This document shows, piece after piece, positions 10,026 through 21,280 of a stretch of 64,000 nucleotides of DNA. Under the pieces are notes generated by a model, which searched no databases, was not told the origin of the DNA, and worked only from the letters and a program-made list of their open reading frames with translations. Position 1 is the stretch's first letter; each line of letters starts with the position of its first letter. This DNA comes from Takakia lepidozioides. Taxonomy: Eukaryota; Plantae; Bryophyta. The DNA lies in contig CM060734.1 in NCBI GenBank assembly GCA_030704615.1, positions 10,416,001-10,480,000 on the forward strand, given 5' to 3'. The translations under genes were made by a program, and so were the position numbers.

Positions 10026-13000
10026 TTATCCAATGCAATGTGGACATAACCAATCCCCATCCGGAACCATCTCAAGAGGTGGAGTCAAGCATCCCATATG
10101 CCAACCTCTAGAGCATCGATCACACACCAGCATGGTGGCTGCCCCTTTAGCAGACGCACACAACATGCACCTCAAACCTGCAGATACCACTGCCAGGTTT
10201 GGGTCAATCCTGCCATCGACATTCGGAAGGTGACATGGCGCACAATTACGCACATGGTCCTTCCAAGTTATGCCATCCCGACCCTCCAAGATCAAGACGC
10301 CTGAGGGCAATACCTCTCGAACCCTCAAAATAAGCCATCCTGCAGTCACATCCAAGGTCGTAGGAGTAGTTTGTTGCAGATAGACATAGTCACCAGGGTT
10401 CAATCTCCGAACCCCAGGACGATAGCCCCCACCACGTATAGTAGCATACCTCAACGTATCACGATGTTGTGCAATGGCAAGGTTCTCGAAAGCCATGGGC
10501 ATGACTTTCTCGAACAACTCTGCACGTTGATCACATGCACGTGCCCACACGTCCGGATCGTCAAGGTTAAGAACTGTAGTAGTTTCTCTACGAATGGATG
10601 TAGGCAAATCCGACTCTCGGCCAAAGAGAAGAAAGTATGGTGAGAAGGAGGCAAGTGATGCTTGCTTGCTGAACCTGTAGCCCATGGCTAACCAGGGTAA
10701 CTGAAGGTCCCAATCTCCTAGGTGTCCCTTCTGCAAGCCATACTTGCGCAAACCCCTCTTTACTGTCTGAACAACCCTCTCTGCCAAGCCATCGGCCTCA
10801 GGATGATCCCGAGAAGTGGTGCGGTGGTCTACCAAGGCCTTGTCACACAAAGCCTGAAACTCCCCCAAGAACTCTCTCCCTTGGTCCGTGAGTACCTCAG
10901 CTGGAGCACCGAATCGGCTAAGCACACAATCCAAGAATGCATACGCAGCTCCCTCACTAGCCTTATCAGGCAATGGAACCAATTCAATCCACTTGGAGAA
11001 GTGCTCCACCATCACCAACACGTACTTGTTGTGGCGCATGGTCAGTGGCAACGGCCCTGCGAAGTCAAGACTCCACCTGTAGCCCAATCCCATGATCGGA
11101 AGAGGGTGCAATTGTGGAGTAGGGGCGTTGAATGAAGCACGCACCCTGTCACACACCATGCACCTAGCCACAAATTGTTGCACCTCTGTGTGCATACCAC
11201 GCCACCAATACTGCCCCTGCAGTAGACTATGAGTGCGTCGCACCCCAAAATGCCCCAACTCCTCATGGGCATGCCGCACTAACCGTGCCCGCTGTGTTGG
11301 GTGAGGCACAATCCTCACTCGACCATCCTCCCACACTCGGAGCAGGTGTGTCCCCTCCCACTTGAACCTCTTGGCTCGTTGTAGGATCCGATCCCTCTCC
11401 TTGGCAGTCACAATGGCTGTAGTGTCTCCAGTGCGGAGGTAGTCCAACACAACTGAATCCTCATGTATATCTTTGGCGCCACATTGCTCATTGCTGGCCT
11501 CAGGGTCCTCAGACACTTGATCTACAGTCATCCCTGTTGCAGGTCCAACCTGGCCTTCCGCTGCCAAGATACACAGAAATGCAGATGCATGCCATCTGGG
11601 CACCATCTCCTCGTCCGTCTCACCATGCCACCGAGCTCCAGTGTCATCCTGCTGGCTTGTGCATGGATTGCGACTCAACCCATCTGCATTGCGATTGACC
11701 AAACCCGGTCGATGCACCACCTGAAAGTCATACTCTTGAAGGATGAGTGCCCACCGTGCAAGCTTCCCCGTAAGCTTGTCTGACTCCATCAACCACTTGA
11801 GTGGTTGGTGATCCGTGACAAGGGTGAAGAGATTGTCGTATAGATAGCACCTGAAGTGTGCCACGGCCCACACTGCAGCTAAGCATTCTCCCTCATATGA
11901 GCTATACTTAGACTCTGCAACGTTGTTCGAGCGGCTAGCATAAGCCACTACGAACTCTCTTCCCTCATCATCCACCTGTGTGAGCACCGCTCCAAGCCCC
12001 AGCATGCTCCAATCTGTATGCAGCTGAAAAGGACGCCCCCTGATAGGTCGTCTCAAGATGGGCGCCGAGGTCAACCTCGCCTTGAGCTCTTGAAAAGCTT
12101 GTTCTTGCTCATCTTCCCACTGCCACTCCTGGTCCACCTTGGTCAGCTTGGTTAGAGCCTTTGCAATGGCACTAAATCCCTTAACAAACCGTCTGTAATA
12201 GTTTGCTAACCCCATGAAAGCTCGAACTCGGCTCACATCCGTGGGGCGTGGAACCTGTGCAATGGACTCTACCTTAGTCTGTTGTACCCCCAATCCTCCA
12301 GGATATATCATGTGACCCAGATACTCAATCTGGTTGTGGAAAAACTTGCACTTTCCCGGATGTAACTTCAATCCGTGCGCCCTCAAGCGCTCAAATACCC
12401 CCTGAAGGTGTCTCTCATGCTCCTCCACCGTAGCACTAAAGATGATGATGTCATCTATGTAGCACCGAGCAAACTCCACCCCTGCTAGAATCCTGTCCAT
12501 GACTCTTTGAAACTCAGCGGGAGCGTTTTTAAGCCCAAATGGTAAGAACCGCCACTGGTATAGGCAATCCTTCCCGTGCTCATTGATCCCCCAGAATGCC
12601 GTCTTTTGCTTATCCGCCTCTTTGATCGGCAACTGGTGATATCCGGATCGTAAATCCAACGTGCTAAAGACCTTGGAATGCCCAATGGCATCAAAGATCT
12701 CCTCTGGTGTCGGCATGGCATACCTATCGGACTTGGTCTGACGATTTACAGGCCGGTAATCACCGCACATACGTCTCTCCGTCCAATTGCCATAGACATC
12801 CTTCTTGGCTGGCATCACTGTGGCTGAAGCATACTCTCCACCAGAGAGCTCCACCAAACCTGCCTCCCAAAGATCTTGAGTCCTCATCTGAATCAAAGAC
12901 CTCTCCATGTCACTGTATCTATAGGGTCTCCGAAAGATTGGCGTGTCAGTGGCCAACTCAATACGGATCTCTTGACCTTTCAGTGCTCCCAAGTCCTTCA

Positions 13001-13160
13001 AACTGAAGGCAAAGCAATTCCTGTAAGCCCTCAGGAACCGCCGTATACGTCGTCTCTCTCCTCCGGTGACAATGGGTCCAATGTCAGGCTCCCAATTGTC
13101 CTCCGTAACTGCAACCTTAAGTCCAGTGGGCTTAGAGGTAGAGGACGCGTCCCGTGGTTG
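10026..13160 (-). CDS. pol: Gypsy Pol: reverse transcriptase, RNase H, integrase (HHCC + DDE) and C-terminal PHD finger; intact reading frame
   Basis: LDLRSGYHQ, PFGLKNAP, YIDD; TDWS..GLGAVL, TDHQPL; HAHEELGH..CMVC, SLDFAG, TDQGREF, DGLAER; PHD CMLC..CDRC..WHMGC..CPHC. The frame is open from 13160 (991 aa from 13001). Confidence 0.97.
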   Translation of the reverse strand, partial: QPRDASSTSKPTGLKVAVTEDNWEPDIGPIVTGGERRRIRRFLRAYRNCFAFSLKDLGALKGQEIRIELATDTPIFRRPYRYSDMERSLIQMRTQDLWEAGLVELSGGEYASATVMPAKKDVYGNWTERRMCGDYRPVNRQTKSDRYAMPTPEEIFDAIGHSKVFSTLDLRSGYHQLPIKEADKQKTAFWGINEHGKDCLYQWRFLPFGLKNAPAEFQRVMDRILAGVEFARCYIDDIIIFSATVEEHERHLQGVFERLRAHGLKLHPGKCKFFHNQIEYLGHMIYPGGLGVQQTKVESIAQVPRPTDVSRVRAFMGLANYYRRFVKGFSAIAKALTKLTKVDQEWQWEDEQEQAFQELKARLTSAPILRRPIRGRPFQLHTDWSMLGLGAVLTQVDDEGREFVVAYASRSNNVAESKYSSYEGECLAAVWAVAHFRCYLYDNLFTLVTDHQPLKWLMESDKLTGKLARWALILQEYDFQVVHRPGLVNRNADGLSRNPCTSQQDDTGARWHGETDEEMVPRWHASAFLCILAAEGQVGPATGMTVDQVSEDPEASNEQCGAKDIHEDSVVLDYLRTGDTTAIVTAKERDRILQRAKRFKWEGTHLLRVWEDGRVRIVPHPTQRARLVRHAHEELGHFGVRRTHSLLQGQYWWRGMHTEVQQFVARCMVCDRVRASFNAPTPQLHPLPIMGLGYRWSLDFAGPLPLTMRHNKYVLVMVEHFSKWIELVPLPDKASEGAAYAFLDCVLSRFGAPAEVLTDQGREFLGEFQALCDKALVDHRTTSRDHPEADGLAERVVQTVKRGLRKYGLQKGHLGDWDLQLPWLAMGYRFSKQASLASFSPYFLLFGRESDLPTSIRRETTTVLNLDDPDVWARACDQRAELFEKVMPMAFENLAIAQHRDTLRYATIRGGGYRPGVRRLNPGDYVYLQQTTPTTLDVTAGWLILRVREVLPSGVLILEGRDGITWKDHVRNCAPCHLPNVDGRIDPNLAVVSAGLRCMLCASAKGAATMLVCDRCSRGWHMGCLTPPLEMVPDGDWLCPHCIG

Positions 13161-14507
13161 CTATGCTGCAACCTCTTGAGCAGTACTCCCTTCCTGCTCA
13201 GTCAATGACAAGGCCTCATCCTGCCCCATCATCTCATCATTGAGAACCTCCTCATCCCGAGAAGAATCCCCAACCTCATCCATCACAGCCGCCTTGGCTG
13301 CCAACTCCCTCTGAACCTCGAGCACCTCCCACGTGTGCCATGGATGTCTACACCCCGTGGTCCTCACCGGCTCGCCCCCACTCGCTGCCTGTACCGTCTC
13401 GGTAGGCAGAGAGACCGTCAAGGGAAGTGCACTCCGCACTCTACGTTGCTCAGCCATAGCCAAGCTGATAATCCAGGTCAAGCAATTGAGATCCATTGCT
13501 TGCCCCAACACCTGACGACGTGATGCCTCAGAAAGAGAAGGCACCGCCGTGGTCCCAGTGGAAAATCCCATAGCCCGCTCTCGCTCGTCGGCATTAGGCT
13601 CCACTAACTGTTGCAACTGAGCATCCCACAGGAGGCCAGGTCCACCATCCCGAAAAGCATGGGATCCTGGGAAGCTGAGCAGTGTAGGTAATGCTGCTCG
13701 TGGTTGACCCACCCTGTTGACCACTGCCAAAGGCGAACGGTCATCGTGTCTCACACGTTGAGACTGCCTCCCTGTGTCCAAAATGCTGTCCACTATGAGG
13801 TGTGTTGGCCGCTGCACCCCATCAAATGCACGCTTGAGCAGTGCGGGTGGCATCAAGTTAGTCCACCATAGCCGTGGACGATGAGCCCGTGATCCCACTG
13901 CAGCTGCATCCAGCAGCACTGCTGACCCAAGCCACGACCGGACTTGATGCACACTGGCCATCACCCTGGCCCGAGAATCGCCCATCAGTGGCACATTCTC
14001 CAAGATGTATGCTGGCGATACAGCTTGATGAAGCTGCAAGTGGCGCAAAATCCGCCCCATCTCCCAAAACAGACCCGTCCTCGAGTCTCGCAATCCATTG
14101 CCATGCCCGGCTGATGAATGCCCTTGGCAGGGCCAACCTGCCACTACCAGATCAATGGAGCCAACCTGCTCCAAATCCGGCGCCCCCAGCAACGAAATGT
14201 CTGCTGGCAAGGCTTGTTGGTATCCACGAACTGCAGACACTGGCAACAAAGCAGGGTACTGCTGTACCAACTGAGCAACATGGCGCAGTGAGACGCGTCG
14301 TGCAGTCTCATCCCTCTCCACATACAGGTAACGCCTTACCCACACACCTGCCTGTAGCACAGCAGCCAATCCGGTGCTGATCCCGCCAAACAAGTCCAGA
14401 AGGCAAATGCCTTCATCCGGATACTGCCACACAATAGGTGTGGTATGGTGACAACTGAGGTGGTCCTGGTGCAATACCCGCACTCTCCTCCTCTCCTGAC
14501 GGTACAA
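13161..14507 (-). CDS. C5 cytosine DNA methyltransferase domain (DNMT3-like) within the retrotransposon polyprotein
   Basis: Motif I LLDLFGGISTG, II YVERD, IV DLVVAGWPCQG (catalytic PC), VI ILENV, VIII AHRPRLWWTN, IX/X ERERAMGF...RRQVLGQAM. Same frame as RT, separated by one TAG. Confidence 0.93.
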   Translation of the reverse strand: MYRQERRRVRVLHQDHLSCHHTTPIVWQYPDEGICLLDLFGGISTGLAAVLQAGVWVRRYLYVERDETARRVSLRHVAQLVQQYPALLPVSAVRGYQQALPADISLLGAPDLEQVGSIDLVVAGWPCQGHSSAGHGNGLRDSRTGLFWEMGRILRHLQLHQAVSPAYILENVPLMGDSRARVMASVHQVRSWLGSAVLLDAAAVGSRAHRPRLWWTNLMPPALLKRAFDGVQRPTHLIVDSILDTGRQSQRVRHDDRSPLAVVNRVGQPRAALPTLLSFPGSHAFRDGGPGLLWDAQLQQLVEPNADERERAMGFSTGTTAVPSLSEASRRQVLGQAMDLNCLTWIISLAMAEQRRVRSALPLTVSLPTETVQAASGGEPVRTTGCRHPWHTWEVLEVQRELAAKAAVMDEVGDSSRDEEVLNDEMMGQDEALSLTEQEGSTAQEVAA

Positions 14508-14858
14508 AAGCCTCTACCCAGGCTTGTTGCACCCGTCGATCAGCAACCTGCTGCAAATCCTTGCTCGTACCCCACAATGGAGTGTGAGCAACCATGGCAG
14601 GCAACTCCGCCATACCATGCATGTCATCCTGCTCTGCTGGAGGTGGCACATCCTCTGCATGGGCATTGCCTTCCAGCAACTCTCCAGGCCAACTAACTGC
14701 AGCTGTAAAGGCGGCTAGTGTTGGCATCTTGCCCCGTTGGGCAGCCGCAATACCCCAATGAATGTCACAGGGAGCTGTGCACGACGACCATCCCCTGACT
14801 GCCATCCGGCCTGTAGAATGCTGACTCCTCCCAAAAGTCCAGGGTGAAGCCCATGGGG

Positions 14859-15797
14859 TTATAACACTGCCCCACCAACGAGGACATCGTAAGAGACCGC
14901 GTCTGTCACAATGGCCTTGGCTCGCATCACTGAGCCATCTGTAGGATGATCCGGCTGCAGTCTAATGGCCAACTGATGCCGTGTCATGCCCCGAGCCTGC
15001 TCTGATCCTCCCAGAGATGTCTGTATCTGGAAAGGACAAGGCTCCATATCCGCCTCCATGAGGCCCAAACCTGCAATAGCAGCTCTGCCCAACATCAGTG
15101 GCTGAGCTCCCGAGTCCAACAAGACCCGCAGTGGCCGGTACTTCTTGCCTGCCGGTCCACTCAAAGAGAAAATGTCATCCTGGTTGTCTAACAAGACAAC
15201 TCCAGGTGTCACCATGGCGCGCTCAAAGGCTGGCCTAGCTGGCAGCTCCGTCAACCTGGCAGCTGCAGCTTGCCATGGCGCAGCCGTGGCAGTCTTGACC
15301 CTCAAATCCGAGGATCCCTCTGCCACTACACCTTCCACTAACTCCGCAGAAGATGAAGTGACCTCCCCACTCTCACAGAGTGTTGCTGCTAGTCTGAACA
15401 CTGCAGCTGGTCTTACCCCCGGCGTCGCAATCATGGTTGCCGAGAACAGTGGGGCTTGACACACAGAGGTGGCTGCCCCCAACAACACACCGGCTGCACT
15501 AGCCTTGGCAGCAGGTGTCAGTGCTGCACGTGTAGCTCTCCCCAATGGCATAGAAACCTCCGCCTCGGTAACAGTCGGGCGAGAACTAGGTGCCATGGAT
15601 GGCGTTGACACTGTCTCCGCCAAGGTGAATGACTGAGGCAGCCTCGCCTGACGGCTTGCCTCCCCACGTTGTGGATCCAACTCCACCTCTGCACCTCGTG
15701 GCTCAGGAACTCGTGCTGCTCCTCGAGTCACGGCTGCAGCAGACTCCACCTGCTCTAGTGGTAGTGCTGCTCCGCACATGAATCCCATGCCTCCCAT
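14859..15797 (-). CDS. Retropepsin aspartic protease region of the polyprotein
   Basis: VLLDSGAQ and YDVLVGG motifs. Translation past the TAA continues as PMGFTLDFWEE, indicating a mutated continuous ORF. Confidence 0.85.
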   Translation of the reverse strand: MGGMGFMCGAALPLEQVESAAAVTRGAARVPEPRGAEVELDPQRGEASRQARLPQSFTLAETVSTPSMAPSSRPTVTEAEVSMPLGRATRAALTPAAKASAAGVLLGAATSVCQAPLFSATMIATPGVRPAAVFRLAATLCESGEVTSSSAELVEGVVAEGSSDLRVKTATAAPWQAAAARLTELPARPAFERAMVTPGVVLLDNQDDIFSLSGPAGKKYRPLRVLLDSGAQPLMLGRAAIAGLGLMEADMEPCPFQIQTSLGGSEQARGMTRHQLAIRLQPDHPTDGSVMRAKAIVTDAVSYDVLVGGAVL

Positions 15798-15914
15798 ATC
15801 TCCTCCCTCAGGACAGGAGGTGGACCATCCCGCCTGGGAGCCGGTACCGCCTGAGCTGTAGCCATGGCAGCGAGCCTCTGCTCTAGCTGCTGAAGCCGGT
15901 TGGCCATGCCTTGG

Positions 15915-17335
15915 TCAACACCCTGACCTCCGCGTCCTTGGCCATGTTAAGCTTGCCCGACCACCTCGTCCTCTCTGGGCTGGTCCACCTCGCCCCCGGC
16001 CACCATTGTTCCCTTGGAACTGGCCTGGGCGCAACTCAGGATGCAAGTCATAACACTGGGCATCTCCATGCCCATACTTGCCACAATGCCCACACTGCAA
16101 CTGTGCAGGCTGTGCTTGTGCCGGCCTTCTGCCACTCTCTGGGCAATCTCTCTTGACATGGGGTCCTCCACATGTCCAACATATCACCCCTGGTTGTTGT
16201 TGGCCTGCAAAAGATGCCACGGGCCTCTGCACCTGAGGTCCCCTGTAAGCTCCATGGAACTTGGGTTGGGAAACCTTGCCCCCCTGACCACGCTGTTGGG
16301 CAGTCCCTTGTGCCTGTGGGCTGGCAGCTGCGCCTCGTGCAGGCATGTCCTTGCCAAATCCAATGGTAACAACTCGCTCCTCCACCATGTTGAGCTCAAT
16401 CCGCTCAGCCAGCAGAAACACATCTGCTAATGTGGGTTGGGCTGCTTGTAACAGGGTTGCATCCCGCACCCTTCTCCTGAGCTCCTTGTCCAAAATTCCA
16501 TACCAGAACTGGATTGCCTGAGCTTCAGTAACCCCTTGGGTCACACTTATCAAGCGCCTCATACGAGTGTACGCCTCTCGCAGGCTCTCACTGGGTTTGC
16601 GCTGGAAGTCTTGCAAACTTCGCAGCTTCTCTGTCCGTACACCTTGGTAGTTCCTCCGCAACTCCTGGAAGAACTCCACCACCGGGTTGAATCTAGGCAC
16701 ATGTGTTGTAGTCGTGGCAGGAGGAGTAGTAGCACCTTTTGAACTGGTACCACCTACAGAAGTACCGGCACTACTTGTTCCACTACTAGTGCTGGCAGTG
16801 GGAGATATTGGTACTGATGCAGCTACTGGTCGCGTGTGCCTCGAGTAATGGAGACGTAGTCAGGTGACCAATACATCCTCCACTCCTCAATCTCTGCTTC
16901 ATGTCCTCGCCTGAACTCGTGGTAATCGTCCATAGGCGGGCCTTCCAAATGCTGGAACAGTCCCTTCCACGCCATGAATGGGGTGAATAGCTGTGGATTG
17001 CGCATCTGCTGCAAATCACACCAGCTGTCGAACTCCTGGATAAAGTCATCCAACTCGATTGTGCCCACAGCTCCAGAGTACCTACGAGGCCCCTTGGTAG
17101 CTCCATACATCTCCTCCATGTCGTCCCACAACAATGGCGAATGAAACTGCACACCTGTTGATGAAGCCTCCGAGTCTGTGTCTGACTCTACAGTAGTTGA
17201 GGGTGGCGGTGAAGGTGGTCTGAACCGAATACCTCGTCTTGTGAACCCACTCTCACTGTTACTGCCTGTAGCCGTACTCCCCTCAAAACCCTTGGGTAAC
17301 TCCGTAATGACACTCACAATGTGCACCTCCTCCAC
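15915..17335 (-). CDS. gag: Gag (frameshifted near 16830) with two CCHC zinc knuckles
   Basis: YSG..IELDDFIQEFD and QKPSESLREAYTRM capsid-like motifs; CWTCGGPHVKRDC and CGHCGKYGHGDAQC; split over ORFs 16823-17335 and 15915-16700. Confidence 0.88.
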
Positions 17336-17839
17336 GTGACACTATAAGGCTCTAGTACTTCTAATAGTGACACGGGTAGGCACCTGTTGCAGTTTAAGGG
17401 TCATATCCCAATGGCTCAGGGCACCTGCACCTGCATCCACCGCAAGAACTCCTATGGTTGGCTGGTCATCAACCCAGCCTCACCATAGAAGAAACACTGG
17501 TGGTCTTGCTGGTCATCACTCCAGCCTCACCACCGACAGCATACTCTAGGATTGACCGGTGATCAAATCCGGCCTAATCCCTATGAAAGCAAGCGCCCAC
17601 ACAAAACCAACATGGCGCACAGTCAAGCATGCAGGTGTTGGGGGGGATCCAAACACAAGAAATCAAAACATCAACACCCCCACACCAAAATCCAGCTGCA
17701 ATGCTGATCCTGCAGAATAGCCCAGCCCAAAACCCGGACTGACTGGCCTCCACCAAGAGAGGCTTTGGCAACTACAAGTACAAGGTAATGAAAATAGTAC
17801 AGAGATGGAGGGAAGAATAGAAGCCCGACCAAGCAAGAT

Positions 17840-18589
17840 CTAATCCTGATCTATGCTATCAACTGCCAGACTTCTCTCAAAGTGCCTCGCTCTGCATGAT
17901 GGTAAGGTGTAGGAGGTATATCTATGTCCAGAAACCTTGTCCCAAGCTACAGTAGCTCGCTCTAACCAACCCTCCTCCTCTTTCTGCCAGGTAGAGACAA
18001 AGCAATACTCCCCTATCTCCCGCTCACTGAACACTAAAGAAAACAAAGGTAGGGTCTGATAGTCTCTCAACTCGAAAGCTTTGAGACGGTTGCGGGTGTC
18101 CTCATTGCGAATGACTGCATCTCCTTCACGCACAACAAACATGTCATTGCTAATGAACCCCCGCTCGTGGTTGCCCTGTGCAGAGCGTATCCGGCTGCAA
18201 CCATGTCTGATTGCACAAACTTGTGTAGCTCCTGCTCCTCTGCTCCAGTACACCACGGCCTTGTGGCTGAACACCTTGGTCCCCGGGGCTGTCTTTGGCT
18301 GTGTTCCAAGCCTAGCTTTCACCCACTTTGGTATTTCACCTACAGCTGCAGAACTGCTGGCTCCAACAGAGTTCTGACTGTCCAAGGCGATATTGAGGCC
18401 CTCAATGCCAACTACAGCAGTCTGTTGTCTACTGCTAATGCCTGACTCCCAGTATGCAATCAACTCGTCTAACTGTTCTCCACTCAAATCAGTCTGAGTT
18501 CCTTGGGAAACATAAATCTTGTCCCCTTGTGTGCACAGGCTAAGAGATGAGACCTGCCCTTCAATTACGTCCTCATTTCCCCCAGCCAT
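17840..18589 (-). CDS. Extra 249-aa ORF upstream of gag, unknown function
   Basis: ATG-initiated open frame, co-oriented with gag, globular-looking C-terminal half; no family recognised. Confidence 0.45.
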   Translation of the reverse strand: MAGGNEDVIEGQVSSLSLCTQGDKIYVSQGTQTDLSGEQLDELIAYWESGISSRQQTAVVGIEGLNIALDSQNSVGASSSAAVGEIPKWVKARLGTQPKTAPGTKVFSHKAVVYWSRGAGATQVCAIRHGCSRIRSAQGNHERGFISNDMFVVREGDAVIRNEDTRNRLKAFELRDYQTLPLFSLVFSEREIGEYCFVSTWQKEEEGWLERATVAWDKVSGHRYTSYTLPSCRARHFERSLAVDSIDQD

Positions 18590-19930
18590 ACAAGGAGTAC
18601 ATCCCCAGATTTATCTCTCATGTAGACCAAAACAGGTTCTAGAAACAGGATTGTGGGTCTTTCATGGCACACTCACACTCTAAAAATTCCATAGATTTCT
18701 AGCAGAGTCCCAAAAACAAAAACCAGGTCTAGATAGGTAGATATCCCCTTTCTGCAGCTATCCCCTCAAAAATTGAGTCAAACGGAGCTCATTTGACAAA
18801 GATATGACCAACCAGGCTCTTTAAACATAACACCAAAACTCTTTTTTTTTTCTTTTTTTTTTCTTTTTTTTTTAACACCAAAACGTTCTCGCCATTACAA
18901 CCTGTTCCCAGGTTATCTACGGGTTCCCGAGGCCGTTCCCCCCGACAGGACTTCGCCAGTGAGATTCATAGTCCCTTGGGAGGCATTGAACAGTCTTTAA
19001 CCAGTTAAGGGATAGATCTGGCACGGACTGTCAACTCAGCCTCTTCAGTGCAGGTGATTAGAGGATCTGTTGTTGCTGTCATGGAGGTGACAGAGGAGAC
19101 TCAAGGAGCAGATGGAGTAAATGGAAACACTGCCAAAATACTGGCTGCTGTAGTGACTTCCAATAGGCGACCAGCTGTGTCAGACTCCGAAGATGATGAT
19201 TCAATCTCATGGTCAAGTTCAGGCAGCGAGGAGCATAACCGGAAAGAAAGAGGAAGTATCACAGATGAAGGAAAAGAACAGGTGAGTGTATCACGAGCAT
19301 CTGCAGATGGCGTGGTTATGGACTCTCACCATCAGTTTGACCATTCTGGAAGTTCTGGGAGTTCTCTAAGGGATGCAGAGCTCCACTCTCAAGTGCCTGT
19401 GGCAGACACTGTATCAGAGGTGTATTCGCCTCCCAGCATAAACACACAGGGCTTTCTTGCTGGCGACACAAGGACAAGCACGGCACCCACAACATCCGCA
19501 AGGCTTGATCTTATAGCTCGTGTTCCTCTACTCATAACTGAGACTGTCCGTTTTTCAAGTGTTGATAGTGGTCGTAGGGGGCGATTGGCAGGGGCTGCCG
19601 AACTGGGCATTAAGGAACTCTTCACATACTGTACAGATTGCGAAATGGTGTCGGGCACTTTGTTCAGAACGCCTTCCCCTTGCTGAGGCCTTGAAGTAGA
19701 AGTTGAATCAGTTGGGCTGCCTGTCAATTGACCCACCTGCTCCTTGAAGGCGTCCTTGGCCAACACTGCAGACTGCGTAAGGCTATCGCCTCGTTTCCCT
19801 TCGCTGATCAACCGTCTCTCGCACTCATCTTCGCCAATTCTGTTGTACAAATTTGTGGTACACCACACGGCCTTCTTTGCGCACAAGCTTGCCGTTGTTG
19901 GGATTTTAAGAGCAACCCACCTCGCACAAA

Positions 19931-20761
<831 letters not shown>

Positions 20762-20910
20762 TCAAACTCACGCGCAGAGACGACAACTAAATCTGCGCGC
20801 ACAGCCCATGGCAACAGCAGGGCCAGATGGACTCCTGCCCCAAAATATATATTATAATAGTGCTAAAACAAACATTGTATCTAGCTTAGCACCAGCACAC
20901 TAGATAACGG

Positions 20911-20925
20911 TCATCTCTCTCGAGT
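20911..20925 (-). promoter_or_regulatory. Putative self-priming primer-binding site
   Basis: tcatctctctcgagt (20911-20925) is the exact reverse complement of actcgagagagatga (21114-21128) inside the 5' repeat. No tRNA-type TGG PBS is present. Confidence 0.75.
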
Positions 20926-21280
20926 GATAAGAAAGCTAAAAGACACACTGTTCACACAAGAAACAACATGAATCCAACAGCATCACTCTTTAAAATAGAA
21001 GTCGAGCCAGGGGCACCCCAAGCTATGGGGACTCCACCCCACAACAACCTATCCTCCCATCATAAGCACACTCAGCTTCTAAACGCATGAAGGAGCTCGG
21101 TCGCGCAGGCTCAACTCGAGAGAGATGAGCTGCGCGACTGCCGCTCTCGTGAAGATAAGACGGGTCAGGTGTCAAACTAAACTTGACACCTGATTTAACA
21201 CTTGACCTAAATCCAAGTGTTAAATACAAATAACTAGCTTTATTCTAGCTAGTTTCACACTGTGCTTATTTAACTTGACA
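20925..21280 (-). repeat. 5' terminal repeat (segment B only, 356 bp)
   Basis: Element-strand TGTCAAG...TTATCA; matches 9324-9679. Confidence 0.95.

Noticed and set aside
13161-14507. Methyltransferase as bacterial contamination or a restriction-modification gene
   Set aside because: It is in frame with Pol, lies inside the terminal repeats, has DNMT3-like motifs and has no cognate nuclease.
10098-16742. Numerous plus-strand ORFs overlapping gag-pol
   Set aside because: Antisense shadows of a GC-rich coding region with no motifs.
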